Notes: generated by a model from the letters alone, not told the origin. 64,000 bases of DNA from Candidatus Nanopelagicales bacterium (GCA_044341215.1 JBIISC010000001.1:40010-104009), one strand, 5' to 3'; numbered from the stretch's first letter, positions 39,656-50,260 are shown. A program made the numbers and translations.

Positions 39656-41195
39656 AATGATTTACCAGTTGGTCAATGCGCGAGTATTTGGCAAACCTAA
39701 GGCTGAGCTTTTCAACATCACCATAAATGACAACATAATTAGTTCAATATATCCAGCTGGCTCGCAAAGTACCAAAACCAAACAAATCAACCTTGATGGC
39801 GCGTGGGTGGCACCTGCATTTATAGACGCACACGTTCACTTAACAAACACCGGCGTTCAAATTTCTGGCTTAGATTTATCCAACTGTCATTCTTATGAGG
39901 AATTGGCACTACAACTAAAAACTATCGCAGACACTGGCGAAATAGTTATCGGTCACGGCTGGGATGATTCAAATTGGGCCCGCAAAGCTGACATAAACGT
40001 ATTTGAATCAACTTCTGCGGCTATATATTTATCAAGAATTGACGCGCATTCGGCTTTAGGGTCTGTTGCTCTACTCAATAAAATCCCAATTGTGCGGAAT
40101 ACCGATGGGTTTGATCCACTGAATCCGATACGACGAGACGCTCATGGGGTTCTGCGCGAGTTTGCCTACCAGTCGTTGACCGATCAAAAGCGAAGGTCAT
40201 TTATTGAATCGGCAGTAGATTCGTTTTTGGCAAACGGCGTCTACCAAGTGCATGAAATGTCCGGCCCCCGAATCAGCAGCTTCCTTGATGCTGAACAAGT
40301 TCGTGAGATCTGCAAGGAGAAGAATTTTCAAGCTGATATATGGTGGGGGGAACTAAACGGTCAAAGCAACGCGAAAGCGCTCAACGCTGTAGGTTGCGGT
40401 GGTGATTTATTCGTTGACGGAAGTTTCGGTTCAAAAACAGCATTCATTAAAGATCCATATTTAGACGGCGGCAATGGACATCAATACATTTCACTCGATG
40501 AGGCGATTGAACACATTTTGCTCGGTTATGAAGCAAACCTTCCGACAAGTTTCCACGTTATCGGCGACGCTGCGATCGAACTAGCCACCGAAGCATTTGA
40601 AGCCGCCAGAAGGACGCTTGGAAATCCAAAATACTTAGGATTGCAAAATCGATTAGAGCATGTCGAACTACTGTCTGATTCTGTTTGCAACAGATTGGTC
40701 GATTTGAATATTGTATTCAGTATGCAGCCTCAATTTTCCGCTAATTGGGCGGGGGAGAAGGGAATGTACGCAGACCGTATCGGATCAAACTGGAGTGGGA
40801 TGAACCCTTTCAGGGTTCTCTTAAACAAGGGTGCAAAGCTGGTTTTCGGATCAGATGCGCCCGTCACGAGCATAAATCCTTGGAAAACAATTCATGCTGC
40901 AATGAATATGCATAACGACAACTTCTCTATTACCCAAAAGTCAGCGTTTAGAGCCCACACAAGTGGAAACGATAGATCAACAAACGATCTACAAGTGGGA
41001 ACAGTTGCCAATCTGGCCGTTTGGGACGTCCAAGATTGGGCGGAACAGCAAGTAGACGAAGTGAGAAATCGATGGAGCACCGATGCTCGTAGTTTTCCAA
41101 ATGATTTTCCTAACCCAGCTTCAGAACCAAAATGTTTGATTACCATTACCGAAGGCAAAATCGCTTACTCAAGAGTTGATGATTTATTTGCTTAA
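39645..41195 (+). CDS. Amidohydrolase family (amidohydrolase-3 / YtcJ-like) metal-dependent hydrolase
   Basis: N-terminal AFIDAHVHL HxH motif; 516 aa. Confidence 0.75.
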   Translation: MSSKMIYQLVNARVFGKPKAELFNITINDNIISSIYPAGSQSTKTKQINLDGAWVAPAFIDAHVHLTNTGVQISGLDLSNCHSYEELALQLKTIADTGEIVIGHGWDDSNWARKADINVFESTSAAIYLSRIDAHSALGSVALLNKIPIVRNTDGFDPLNPIRRDAHGVLREFAYQSLTDQKRRSFIESAVDSFLANGVYQVHEMSGPRISSFLDAEQVREICKEKNFQADIWWGELNGQSNAKALNAVGCGGDLFVDGSFGSKTAFIKDPYLDGGNGHQYISLDEAIEHILLGYEANLPTSFHVIGDAAIELATEAFEAARRTLGNPKYLGLQNRLEHVELLSDSVCNRLVDLNIVFSMQPQFSANWAGEKGMYADRIGSNWSGMNPFRVLLNKGAKLVFGSDAPVTSINPWKTIHAAMNMHNDNFSITQKSAFRAHTSGNDRSTNDLQVGTVANLAVWDVQDWAEQQVDEVRNRWSTDARSFPNDFPNPASEPKCLITITEGKIAYSRVDDLFA

Positions 41196-42675
41196 AACTA
41201 TATCTTTAATCAAATTCTCGATACTCGGTGCGGGTATGGCATTGGTATTGCCGACAACGAATTTTCCCCCTTATATAGTGCTTGTTCTATTGATTCCGTT
41301 AATCAGATTTCAAGAATGCGCCTCTCATCTTGAGAGGTTCACTTCAGGTTTGTTTTTCGGTCTTGGATATTTTTTATTGCTTCTCAAGTGGATGGTTGTT
41401 GTTGGAAACGACGCTTGGTTTGCGTTGAGCATTCTTTGTGCGATTTGGTGGGCAATAGCTGGACTGGTGAGCACCAGTTTCGTCGGTAGCAGATTTTGGC
41501 CGTTGTGGTTCGCCACGAGTTGGACTGCTTTGGAGATTTTGCGCGACCGGTTCCCATGGGGAGGTTTTGGGTGGGGCCAAATTGGAACTATCTGGCTAGA
41601 AACACCATTTTCTGGACTCTATGCAACGCTAGGTCAAATTGGCATGACTTTTTTAACGTACCTAGCAATTGCTGTCGTTTATGTAGTCACGCTAAACATT
41701 CGACAATTTAATACTTTGAAACTGACTGGCTACGTTTCTATTGTCATCTCTTTGTCACTAGGCGCGAGTTGGTTATCTCTCAACAAACAGCCAATAAATC
41801 GAGACGTTAGACAGACGATTGAAATATCAGCGATCCAAGGTGGAGTCGAACATACGGGCCTAGGAGTTCTAGGCCAACCTTATGCGGTTTTGAATAAACA
41901 TATCGCAGAAACTCAAAAGTACTTAGCGGAAATTAACCAATCCGACCTACTCGTTTGGCCTGAGAGTAGTGTTGATCTCGATCCGTATAAAGACTCCCTA
42001 ACACCGCAAAGTTTGTTTGCTTTAGACGCTGAGGTCTCACCGCCAGTATTAATCGGCTCAACACTACGCAGTGAATCCGGATTAAGACAAAATGTGTCAC
42101 AGATATTGCAGTCCAGTTCGATTACAAGCGTTTATCAAAAAAGACATTTAGTGCCATTCGGCGAATTCCTACCACTGCGAGATTTAGTCTCAAAATATAC
42201 AGAACGTGCCTCAATGCTCGCGACTGACTATGAACCGGGGAAATACTCCGGAGACTTGGAAGTTGCCGGTATAAACGCTGCAATCCTGATTTGCTTTGAA
42301 ATTGCAGATGACTCTTTGATCCATGAGAACATAGCCAACCAATCAGTCGTAATTGTGCAAACTAACAATGCAACGTATCAGCACCTTGGCCAATCAGAGC
42401 AACAACTTATTTACGCCAGAATTCGAGCAATCGAGACACAACGTCCAGTTATTTCTGTTTCTACCAGTGGAATTTCTGCAGTTATTAATCCCAAGGGTCA
42501 GATTGTTGATTCAATCCTGCAGGATGACACTGGTCTTTTGAATTCGACCATCACCAAAGTGACTGGTGAGACCATAGCTACGAAATTGCATGATGCATTG
42601 CTAATTCTTATTTTCGCTACCTTCGCTGGTGGCCTGGTTCTAATGGTACAAAAACGTTTTAGACTCAAGTCATGA
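41176..42675 (+). CDS. lnt: Apolipoprotein N-acyltransferase
   Basis: N-terminal polytopic domain plus a C-N hydrolase domain with catalytic Cys context AILICFE. Confidence 0.85.
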   Translation: MMIYLLKTISLIKFSILGAGMALVLPTTNFPPYIVLVLLIPLIRFQECASHLERFTSGLFFGLGYFLLLLKWMVVVGNDAWFALSILCAIWWAIAGLVSTSFVGSRFWPLWFATSWTALEILRDRFPWGGFGWGQIGTIWLETPFSGLYATLGQIGMTFLTYLAIAVVYVVTLNIRQFNTLKLTGYVSIVISLSLGASWLSLNKQPINRDVRQTIEISAIQGGVEHTGLGVLGQPYAVLNKHIAETQKYLAEINQSDLLVWPESSVDLDPYKDSLTPQSLFALDAEVSPPVLIGSTLRSESGLRQNVSQILQSSSITSVYQKRHLVPFGEFLPLRDLVSKYTERASMLATDYEPGKYSGDLEVAGINAAILICFEIADDSLIHENIANQSVVIVQTNNATYQHLGQSEQQLIYARIRAIETQRPVISVSTSGISAVINPKGQIVDSILQDDTGLLNSTITKVTGETIATKLHDALLILIFATFAGGLVLMVQKRFRLKS

Positions 42676-43400
42676 AAAGTCAATTTCTCGTTTGTATTCC
42701 TACATACAATGAGCGAGAGAACATTCAAAAAATTCTGCTACGTTTATATGCTTCCAATCCCGAGATAGACGCACTTGTAATTGATGATAATTCGCCCGAT
42801 GGCACAGCCCAAATCGTTAAACAGATGCAAGATGGCAATCCAAACCTTCACCTTTTGGTTAATCCATCAAAGTCCGGCCTCGGGGGCGCCTATCGCTCTG
42901 GATTTAAGTGGGCTATCGACAACAATTACAAATATGTTGTTGAAATGGACGCCGACGGATCACATCAACCTGAACAGCTTCAAGGCCTGTTAGAGAAAGC
43001 ACCCACACACGACGTAGTGATTGGGTCTCGTTGGGTCAAAGGTGGTTCAGTCGTGAATTGGCCACTGAGCCGAAAAGTTTTGTCGCTCGGGGGCAATTTC
43101 TATGTTCAGACAGTGCTGGGGATTTCGGTCAAGGATGCGACTGCTGGGTTTCGGATCTATTCACGATCAGCTCTTGAAACACTAAAAATGCTCGAAAGTC
43201 AATCTCAAGGATATGTTTTCCAAGTTGATGGAACCTATCGAGCTGTTATTAACAAACTCAAAGTTTGCGAAGTCCCGATTCAATTTGTAGAGCGCGAGAT
43301 AGGAGTTTCGAAAATGTCTCGAGCAATAGTTTTCGAAGCTATAAGTCAAGTAACAGTTTGGGCAATCAAGCACAGATTGCTGCGAAAACCAATTTCTTAG
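42672..43400 (+). CDS. ppm1: Polyprenol-phosphate mannosyltransferase (GT2)
   Basis: GT2 motifs DDNSPDGT and MDADGSH. Overlaps lnt by 4 nt; the two are fused in M. tuberculosis Rv2051c. Confidence 0.85.
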   Translation: MKSQFLVCIPTYNERENIQKILLRLYASNPEIDALVIDDNSPDGTAQIVKQMQDGNPNLHLLVNPSKSGLGGAYRSGFKWAIDNNYKYVVEMDADGSHQPEQLQGLLEKAPTHDVVIGSRWVKGGSVVNWPLSRKVLSLGGNFYVQTVLGISVKDATAGFRIYSRSALETLKMLESQSQGYVFQVDGTYRAVINKLKVCEVPIQFVEREIGVSKMSRAIVFEAISQVTVWAIKHRLLRKPIS

Positions 43401-43404
43401 AAAT

Positions 43405-44748
43405 TTAAACTACTGCTGGCAACTCATTACCGGCTTCTCTAATTCCAGCCTTCACATCAACTCGATGCAACAGCGAACCGCCCACAACAAAGAAAACAAT
43501 TAGAACAATAATTGCATTTCGATAATCACCGGTGAATTGGTAGGTGAGCGCAAAGAGCAAAGTGCCAAGCCAAGATGTTCCACGCTCACATGCTTGATAC
43601 AGTGCAAAATATTCGGCTTCGCGAGATGCTGGAACAAGTTGGCTAAATAAACTCCTTGAGAGCGCCTGCGTGCCACCGAGTACAAAACCGATTGCGGCTG
43701 CGAGTAGGAAGAACAAAGTTACGTCGCCATAAGGCACAAATCTTCCACCGATAATCACGACGATCCAGATTACTAGACTGTTTCTGATAGTAGCTCTTGC
43801 GCCAATTCTCGATGCTAATTTTCCGGTAGCTAACGCACCAACTATTGCGACAAGCTGCACAATGACAATTGCCGCAATTAAATTACTTGTTTTTAAACCT
43901 AAAGCGAATTCACCATAAATTGCCGCTGCGAAGATGACGGTTTGCACACCATCGTTGTAGAAAAGGTAAGCGAGCAAGAATCGCTTTGTGTTTGGAAAGT
44001 TCTTCAGTTCGGACAGAGTGGTTCTCAGTTGACTAAACGACTTGCGAGCAACGGTTGCAAATGCTGGCTCGCTCTTAGGGGCATCCGCTGAATTTTTGAT
44101 GCCGAAATACGGGACGAAAGTCCAAGCAGCCCACCACACGCCGGCTGTCAAAAGACTTATCCGAATAGAGATCTCAGATGAATCGCTAATCGTTACATAA
44201 GCAAGATTCGCTATAAGCAGCATTCCGCCACCGACATAACCCAAAGCCCAGCCTTTACTGCTAACAGCATCTCTTTCGTTTGGAGAAGAAATCTCGTTCA
44301 AAATCGCGTCGTACACAACGAGTGATCCACCGAGTGCCAGGTTTGCAATAGTTAGCAAAAGAATTCCTAGCTGCCAATTAGTTCCTGAAACGAAAAACAT
44401 ACTTGCAGCTGCGATGGAACCGACCCAGGCTAGCTTTGACATCATTTTATGTTTGTCATGACGGATGTCTGCATAAGCACCGAGCAATGGCAACAAGAAT
44501 GCCGATAGGAGAGTGGTGAAAGTTATTGTGTAAAGAAACAGTGAACCAGGAGCAATCTGCAAACCAATTAAAGACAAGTTTGCATTACATGTAGATTCTT
44601 TCTCGCAGTTTACTGCGCTCAAAGCGATGTGAGTTAAATACGGTCCGAATAACACCGTTGAAGTTGTAGTCACATAAGCACTGTTTGCCCAGTCATAGAA
44701 ATACCACGCTTTTTGGGACTTAGTGCTGCGATGTTTAACTCTTGCCAT
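43405..44748 (-). CDS. MFS transporter (UMF1/Atg22-like)
   Basis: 447 aa with about 12 TM segments. N-terminus WYFYDWANSAY is typical of the UMF1 family. Confidence 0.75.
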   Translation of the reverse strand: MARVKHRSTKSQKAWYFYDWANSAYVTTTSTVLFGPYLTHIALSAVNCEKESTCNANLSLIGLQIAPGSLFLYTITFTTLLSAFLLPLLGAYADIRHDKHKMMSKLAWVGSIAAASMFFVSGTNWQLGILLLTIANLALGGSLVVYDAILNEISSPNERDAVSSKGWALGYVGGGMLLIANLAYVTISDSSEISIRISLLTAGVWWAAWTFVPYFGIKNSADAPKSEPAFATVARKSFSQLRTTLSELKNFPNTKRFLLAYLFYNDGVQTVIFAAAIYGEFALGLKTSNLIAAIVIVQLVAIVGALATGKLASRIGARATIRNSLVIWIVVIIGGRFVPYGDVTLFFLLAAAIGFVLGGTQALSRSLFSQLVPASREAEYFALYQACERGTSWLGTLLFALTYQFTGDYRNAIIVLIVFFVVGGSLLHRVDVKAGIREAGNELPAVV

Positions 44749-45529
44749 GACTGGTTCCTCTCCAAAAACCTCGGTCCTGTAACACTTTTATTAAAACACT
44801 TGGCCGATCTGTCATGATTGCATCAACACCCATGTCGTATAGCCGTTGCATTTCTTCTGGTTCGTCTACAACCCAAACGTGAACCTGCATCCCCAGGTCA
44901 TGAACAAACTTGACGAATTGTGGCTGAACAATGTCTATTCCGTAAGCCCTGACAGGCAATTGGACAGCAATTTGATTTGGGAATTTATTTCGTAAAGCTT
45001 GTTTGATAAGGTTGAACTTTGAATAGGCAAATAATCTGGCAATCTCTCGTCCACCTAGGGACATCGCAATTTGGGGAAGTCGATGCCGGATCTTCATTAA
45101 TCGATCGGTCGAAAAGGACCCAAGGCAGATTCGTGGGACGAGTTCAGGTCTGGACTTTAGAAAATGCTCTAATGGAGCGATTACCTCGTAATCCTTAGGG
45201 TCAATGTTCAAAATTACGTCTTGTGGAATTGAGTCAACTAAGTCTTCGAGACTCAAAATCTGGTGGCCGCCAAACACCCTAATTGTCGATAATTCTTGCC
45301 AGTTTGTGCCATTTATCCGATCTGGCAATTGTGCGGATCTTTGCAAAGTTTCATCGTGGTGAATGGTCAGAATCCCATCACGAGTAACTCTCAAATCTGT
45401 TTCCAAAACTCTGCATCCAAGGTCTATGGATGCTTGAAAAGCTTGCAAAGTGTTTTCAGGGTTCTCTAAAGCGCCCCCACGATGACTGATGGCAAAAGGT
45501 TCGCAAAATTGAGCGTATGGGTTATTCAT
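44735..45529 (-). CDS. Glycerophosphodiester phosphodiesterase family protein
   Basis: GDPD motif SHRGG..ENPENTL.AF and HHDETL. Overlaps the downstream MFS gene by 14 nt. Confidence 0.85.
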   Translation of the reverse strand: MNNPYAQFCEPFAISHRGGALENPENTLQAFQASIDLGCRVLETDLRVTRDGILTIHHDETLQRSAQLPDRINGTNWQELSTIRVFGGHQILSLEDLVDSIPQDVILNIDPKDYEVIAPLEHFLKSRPELVPRICLGSFSTDRLMKIRHRLPQIAMSLGGREIARLFAYSKFNLIKQALRNKFPNQIAVQLPVRAYGIDIVQPQFVKFVHDLGMQVHVWVVDEPEEMQRLYDMGVDAIMTDRPSVLIKVLQDRGFWRGTSHGKS

Positions 45530-45697
45530 GAGTAAACATGATTGCTGAATTAGAGCCGATAAGGATAATTATGTCATTTTCCAGTACTTGGCAACGATCT
45601 CTTAAATTTGCTTCCACTGTCCCAATTGCGTCCGCTGATAAGTTCATACTGATAACGGTAACCTTAAGTCGATTCATATGCAGGGAAAGTTGATTGA

Positions 45698-46624
45698 GTG
45701 CCGAAAATAGCTGTCATTGGTGAAGGCGTAATCGATCGTTTTATCCAAGGTGAGTCTTACCATGACGAGATTGGCGGTTCAGGGCTAAACACAGCCGTTG
45801 CAATGCGAAGAGCTGGAGCCGACGCTATTTGGTTCACAAGGTCCGCAAGCGACCCAAATGGACAGGCGTTAACTAAATATGCAGATGCCGAAGGTGTTGC
45901 CTTACAACCTCCAATTAGTGGAATTGAGCCTGCCTCGCTGGTCAAAGTCACTATCCTCAACGAGGGCCAGCCTCAATATGAGTTCCACCTAGAAGGCTCG
46001 GTGGATTGGAACTGGCAAGAAGGCGAACTTGACCGGTTAGACGAAGGTTTTGATGTAATCCATGTGAGTAGCCTGAGCGCTGTATTGGATCCTGGAGCGA
46101 AGTTAATTTTTAACAAAATCAAGGAACTTAAGCAGCAAGCCACTTCTCCCCTAATCTCATTTGATCCAAATGCGCGACCTTCTGCAGCCAAAGACCAAAC
46201 GCAGGCCAGTTTGATGAGAACTCGGATCGAGAAAATTGTAAAACTTGTTGACCTAGTGAAAGTTTCGGATGAAGATTTGGGTTGGATACAACCAGAAATT
46301 CCTCCATACGAAGCCGCAGGAATTTGGTCCACAGAAGGGCCAAAACTTGTGGTTATGACCCGCGGTGGCGAGGGTGTTGTCGCATTTTCGGCAGGAATAG
46401 AAATTTGTTCCGTTCCAGCGGTTACCATAAAACTTATTGACACACTTGGAGCCGGTGACACCTTTATGGGTTGGTTGCTCTTCCAAATAGCAAACGAGCA
46501 CAATTGCACGATTCCAGTAGATCGTGATGCGGTCACTTCCCTACTCAGCACTGCCGCAAAAGCTGCTGCTATTACTTGCAGTCGAAAAGGCTGTAATCCA
46601 CCATTTAATTCAGAGATTGGTTAA
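45698..46624 (+). CDS. PfkB family carbohydrate kinase (fructokinase-like)
   Basis: C-terminal GAGDTF anion-hole motif and DPNARP. GTG start preceded by GGGAAAG. Confidence 0.82.
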   Translation: MPKIAVIGEGVIDRFIQGESYHDEIGGSGLNTAVAMRRAGADAIWFTRSASDPNGQALTKYADAEGVALQPPISGIEPASLVKVTILNEGQPQYEFHLEGSVDWNWQEGELDRLDEGFDVIHVSSLSAVLDPGAKLIFNKIKELKQQATSPLISFDPNARPSAAKDQTQASLMRTRIEKIVKLVDLVKVSDEDLGWIQPEIPPYEAAGIWSTEGPKLVVMTRGGEGVVAFSAGIEICSVPAVTIKLIDTLGAGDTFMGWLLFQIANEHNCTIPVDRDAVTSLLSTAAKAAAITCSRKGCNPPFNSEIG

Positions 46625-49428
46625 AGCGCGAAATCTTCAATCGGCGGACATGCGCAAACAAGATTTCGATCCCCATATGCGCCATCGATTCTGGAAACTG
46701 GTGGCCAATACTTGTTCGCCGGATTCACTCCTGACGGAAATGCTCGATGCAAACGGTCATCAGCTCCTAAATCGCTCGCAAGTAAAACATGCGAGGTATG
46801 CGGAGCACTTCTTAAGGCAGATTCTTCAATCTGAACTTTGCCATTTTTGATTTCTGATATTTCGAGACTAATTTGAGACATCGCATTGATGAATCTATCA
46901 ACTTCGAAAAGTGATTCGGATTCTGTTGGTTCTATCATCAATGTTCCCGCAACAGGGAACGACATAGTTGGGGCATGGAAACCATAATCAATCAAACGTT
47001 TAGCTACATCGTCGACTGTTACTCCGGTCTCTTTTGTTATGTCACGCAAATCCAAAATGCACTCATGTGCAATAAAACCATTCTCGTTCGTGTAAAGAGT
47101 TGGGAAATGGTTTTGTAGTTTCTTTGAAATGTAATTGGCGCTCAATATCGCAGTTTGTGTTGCCAACTTCAAACCTTCGCCAGACATCATTCGGATATAG
47201 GCATATGGAATCGGAAGGATTCCAGCAGATCCAAATTCAGACCCGGAGATAGCTCCGGTATCGGTAACAAGTGGGTTCGTAGGTAAGAACTTTGCTAGAT
47301 GCGCACGCACTCCAACTGGTCCAACGCCAGGTCCACCACCGCCATGGGGAATGCAAAATGTTTTGTGCAGATTCAGATGTGAGACGTCAGATCCAAATTT
47401 GCCCGGCTGCGCAATACCAACTAACGCATTTAAGTTGGCTCCATCAACATAAACCTGGCCGCCTGCATCATGAACCGATGCACAAATTTCACCTATGCCT
47501 TCTTCAAATACGCCGTGTGTCGAAGGGTAAGTAATCATGATTGCAGAGAGATTTTCTGCGTGTTCAGCAATTTTGGTTTTTAGATCCGTGAGGTCAACAT
47601 TGCCAAGGTCATCACACCCAACCACGACTACCTTCATCCCAGCCATAACAGCTGAAGCTGCGTTAGTGCCGTGGGCGCTGCTCGGAATAAGGCAAATGTT
47701 TCGATGCCCCTCTCCCCTGCTTTGGTGGTATCCAGAGATTGCTAGTAAACCTGCAAATTCACCTTGCGATCCAGCATTTGGTTGCAAACTAACTGCGTCA
47801 TATCCGGTTACTTCAACGAGGTAATCCTCTAAATCTTTTATCAGTTTGCGCCAACCTAAACTTTGATTTGCTGGTGCAAATGGATGCGCATTCGCAAACT
47901 CTGGCCAAGTCACTGCCGCCATTTCAGTAGCTGCGTTTAATTTCATTGTGCATGAGCCAAGAGGAATCATGGTCCGGTCTAAAGCTAGATCCAAATCAGA
48001 TAGTTTGCGAAGGTAACGCATCATTTCGGTTTCACTGTGATATGAATTGAAAACGGGATGAGTTAATGCCGATTCGCTGCGCAACGTTTCGACGACTTCG
48101 ACAGCGGGTGCACTCTTGATTCCGATAGCTGCACAGATCGCGAATAAATCTTCTTGCGTGGTCGTCTCGTCAAAACTGACTGCGCACCAATCAGCATCGA
48201 TTTGCCGGATGTTGTACCCCGCGGCCAAACAAGCTGAGACGATTTTTTCTGATGGACCAAAAGAGAAACAAACAGTGTCAAAGAACGACTCTGATCGATT
48301 TTGTCCGCCCCCATCCTTAACTGAATTGGCAAATTGTTTAGCCAAATTTCTTGCGGAGATTGCTATTTCTTGCAATCCGGAAAGCCCATGGTAAGCCGCG
48401 TACATCCCGGACATTACGGCGAGCAGAGCCTGTGCAGTACAAATATTGCTCGTGGCTTTTTCGCGACGAATATGCTGTTCACGAGTTTGCAATGCGAGTC
48501 GGTAAGCACGTTTACCTTGTGTATCAACCGAAACACCTACAAGCCGACCAGGCAATGTTCGCTCTAAACCATTTCGAACCGCCATGAATCCCGCATGTGG
48601 CCCGCCAAATCCCATTGGTACACCAAAACGTTGAGCACTTCCAACTGCAATGTCCGCGCCGAGCGAAGCAACTGATGGCAAGATAGTTAACGCAAGCAAA
48701 TCGGTTATGGCGCAGACCAATACATTTGATTGATGAGCCATTTCGACTAAACCTTTAAGATTATTAATTACTCCACTCGAAGTTGGGTAAGAAACTATTA
48801 GTCCAAAGCTGGAATCGAAATTCACATCTGCATCGACGTCGACCAATTCAACTTCTATACCAAGTGGCAATGCCCTTGTCCTTATGACGTTTAAGGTTTG
48901 TGGATGAGTATCTCTATCAATTAGTAAGGTCTTTGAATCGCCTTTATGTTGACGCATCATTAAAGTCATGGCTTCGGCAGCAGCTGTTGGTTCATCAAGT
49001 AAGGAAGCCCCTGCGATATCCAGACCGGTTAAATCGGTAATCATTGTTTGAAAATTTAGCAATGCTTCAAGTCGACCTTGAGAAATTTCTGGTTGGTATG
49101 GCGTATAGGACGTGTACCAAGCTGGATTTTCTAGAACGTTTCGCATGATTACTTGCGGCACAAACGTGTTGTAGAAGCCTTGTCCAATTAAGTTTTTAGT
49201 TTTCGAATCATTTTGGGTTGCCAATGTTTTAAGTTCTGCAAGCACTTGATATTCAGTTAATACATTTGGCAGATTGAGACCCTGTGTCATACGAATCGAT
49301 TCTGGCGACGCCTTTTCGATCAATTCATCAAGAGAATACAAACCTAATTCGGCCAACATGTGTGTGCGATCTTGAATGTTTGGACCTATGTGTCGACTAG
49401 TGAAATCGTGTACTTGATTTTTTCGCAT
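46621..49428 (-). CDS. gcvP: Glycine dehydrogenase (decarboxylating), single-chain P protein
   Basis: 935 aa with PLP-lysine context [19 protein letters not shown]. Confidence 0.95.
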   Translation of the reverse strand: MRKNQVHDFTSRHIGPNIQDRTHMLAELGLYSLDELIEKASPESIRMTQGLNLPNVLTEYQVLAELKTLATQNDSKTKNLIGQGFYNTFVPQVIMRNVLENPAWYTSYTPYQPEISQGRLEALLNFQTMITDLTGLDIAGASLLDEPTAAAEAMTLMMRQHKGDSKTLLIDRDTHPQTLNVIRTRALPLGIEVELVDVDADVNFDSSFGLIVSYPTSSGVINNLKGLVEMAHQSNVLVCAITDLLALTILPSVASLGADIAVGSAQRFGVPMGFGGPHAGFMAVRNGLERTLPGRLVGVSVDTQGKRAYRLALQTREQHIRREKATSNICTAQALLAVMSGMYAAYHGLSGLQEIAISARNLAKQFANSVKDGGGQNRSESFFDTVCFSFGPSEKIVSACLAAGYNIRQIDADWCAVSFDETTTQEDLFAICAAIGIKSAPAVEVVETLRSESALTHPVFNSYHSETEMMRYLRKLSDLDLALDRTMIPLGSCTMKLNAATEMAAVTWPEFANAHPFAPANQSLGWRKLIKDLEDYLVEVTGYDAVSLQPNAGSQGEFAGLLAISGYHQSRGEGHRNICLIPSSAHGTNAASAVMAGMKVVVVGCDDLGNVDLTDLKTKIAEHAENLSAIMITYPSTHGVFEEGIGEICASVHDAGGQVYVDGANLNALVGIAQPGKFGSDVSHLNLHKTFCIPHGGGGPGVGPVGVRAHLAKFLPTNPLVTDTGAISGSEFGSAGILPIPYAYIRMMSGEGLKLATQTAILSANYISKKLQNHFPTLYTNENGFIAHECILDLRDITKETGVTVDDVAKRLIDYGFHAPTMSFPVAGTLMIEPTESESLFEVDRFINAMSQISLEISEIKNGKVQIEESALRSAPHTSHVLLASDLGADDRLHRAFPSGVNPANKYWPPVSRIDGAYGDRNLVCACPPIEDFAL

Positions 49429-49454
49429 AGATGGCTCCCTTAGTTAAAGACCCA

Positions 49455-49622
49455 TCTGTAATCCGCAAAAATGCGACCTGAGAGTTTCGAAAGTTTTACT
49501 TTCTTTCACCTACGGTGAGCAACGCTGCTCTTTTCAGATGTACACACGTGGCATCGGTACTTTTGCCTGAGAGTTTCCGGGGTGTTGCTCCTTCGGCGGA
49601 TGAAATTCACCGCTCTCCCGAC
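49455..49622 (-). ncRNA. Tandem glycine riboswitch in the gcvP leader
   Basis: Minus strand reads CGGGAGAGCGG..CCGCCGAAGGAGCAA..AAACUCUCAGGCAAAAGUACCG for aptamer 1. Aptamer 2 then reads GAAAAGAGCAG..CACCGUAGGUGAAAG..AAACUCUCAGGU. AAGGGAG and the gcvP ATG follow. Confidence 0.8.
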
Positions 49623-49661
49623 ACACGTATCGCGTACGGGCAAACTCTAGTAAGAAAGTAT

Positions 49662-50159
49662 TTAGCCTGCTGTTCGGCTCGCCCGACGCATTGACAATTC
49701 ATCTGATCCTGTTACCAAGTCATCTGTAGATTCGATTTCTACAGGTAGGCCAGCCAAGCTGCCTTCAACTTCCTGCACTACAACGCCAAGTGCAATACCG
49801 AAAACTGCTTGACCGCCGTGCAATAGATCGAGTACTTGTTGGTCTGAAGTGCACTCATAAATGGAAGCCCCATCAGACATTAAAGTGATGCTGGAAAGGT
49901 CTTCGATACCTTGCTCACGCAGATGATCTATCGCAGTACGAATGTTCTGCAATGAAACACCTGTGTCCAAGAGACGCTTTACTACTTTTAAAACTAGAAC
50001 GTCTTGGAAGTTGTATTGACGCAAAGTCCCCGACCCAGTCGCCTCACGCATACTAGGAACGACAAGACCCGTGCGGGCCCAGTAATCAAGTTGTCGGTAT
50101 GTAATTCCTGCGACTGAACAAGCGATAGCACCTTTATAGCCGGCGGTATGAGTGGTCAT
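49662..50159 (-). CDS. MerR family transcriptional regulator (Rv1830-like)
   Basis: MerR HTH IACSVAGITYRQLDYWARTGLVVPS; 165 aa. Synteny with the gcvP/DUF151/MerR/garA cluster. Confidence 0.8.
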   Translation of the reverse strand: MTTHTAGYKGAIACSVAGITYRQLDYWARTGLVVPSMREATGSGTLRQYNFQDVLVLKVVKRLLDTGVSLQNIRTAIDHLREQGIEDLSSITLMSDGASIYECTSDQQVLDLLHGGQAVFGIALGVVVQEVEGSLAGLPVEIESTDDLVTGSDELSMRRASRTAG

Positions 50160-50184
50160 AATAAACTCCTAGGGAAGGAGTCTA

Positions 50185-50213
50185 AATGTAGATTCGAATG
50201 AGGCTAAGGTCAA
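50185..50213 (-). promoter_or_regulatory. Candidate sigma-70-type promoter for the Rv1830-like MerR gene
   Basis: Minus strand reads TTGACC, a 17-nt spacer, then TACATT. AGGAG follows 5 nt before the ATG. Confidence 0.45.
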
Positions 50214-50222
50214 AGACATCCG

Positions 50223-50260
50223 CTTTAGACACGCCGTAAAGTCTAAAGTGAGACTTTAGA
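50223..50260. promoter_or_regulatory. Nested dyad repeats CTTTAGAC / GTCTAAAG
   Basis: CTTTAGAC (50223-50230), then N10, then GTCTAAAG (50241-50248). A perfect 8-3-8 palindrome TCTAAAGT-gag-ACTTTAGA lies at 50242-50260 and spans the DUF151 stop codon. Confidence 0.35.

Noticed and set aside
45973-46551. 192-aa ORF antisense to the PfkB kinase gene, plus smaller nested antisense ORFs at 46128-46343 and 46253-46501.
   Set aside because: The plus-strand frame carries clear PfkB motifs (GAGDTF, DPNARP). The antisense product is Ser/Pro-rich and low-complexity with no recognisable domain. It is a typical shadow ORF.
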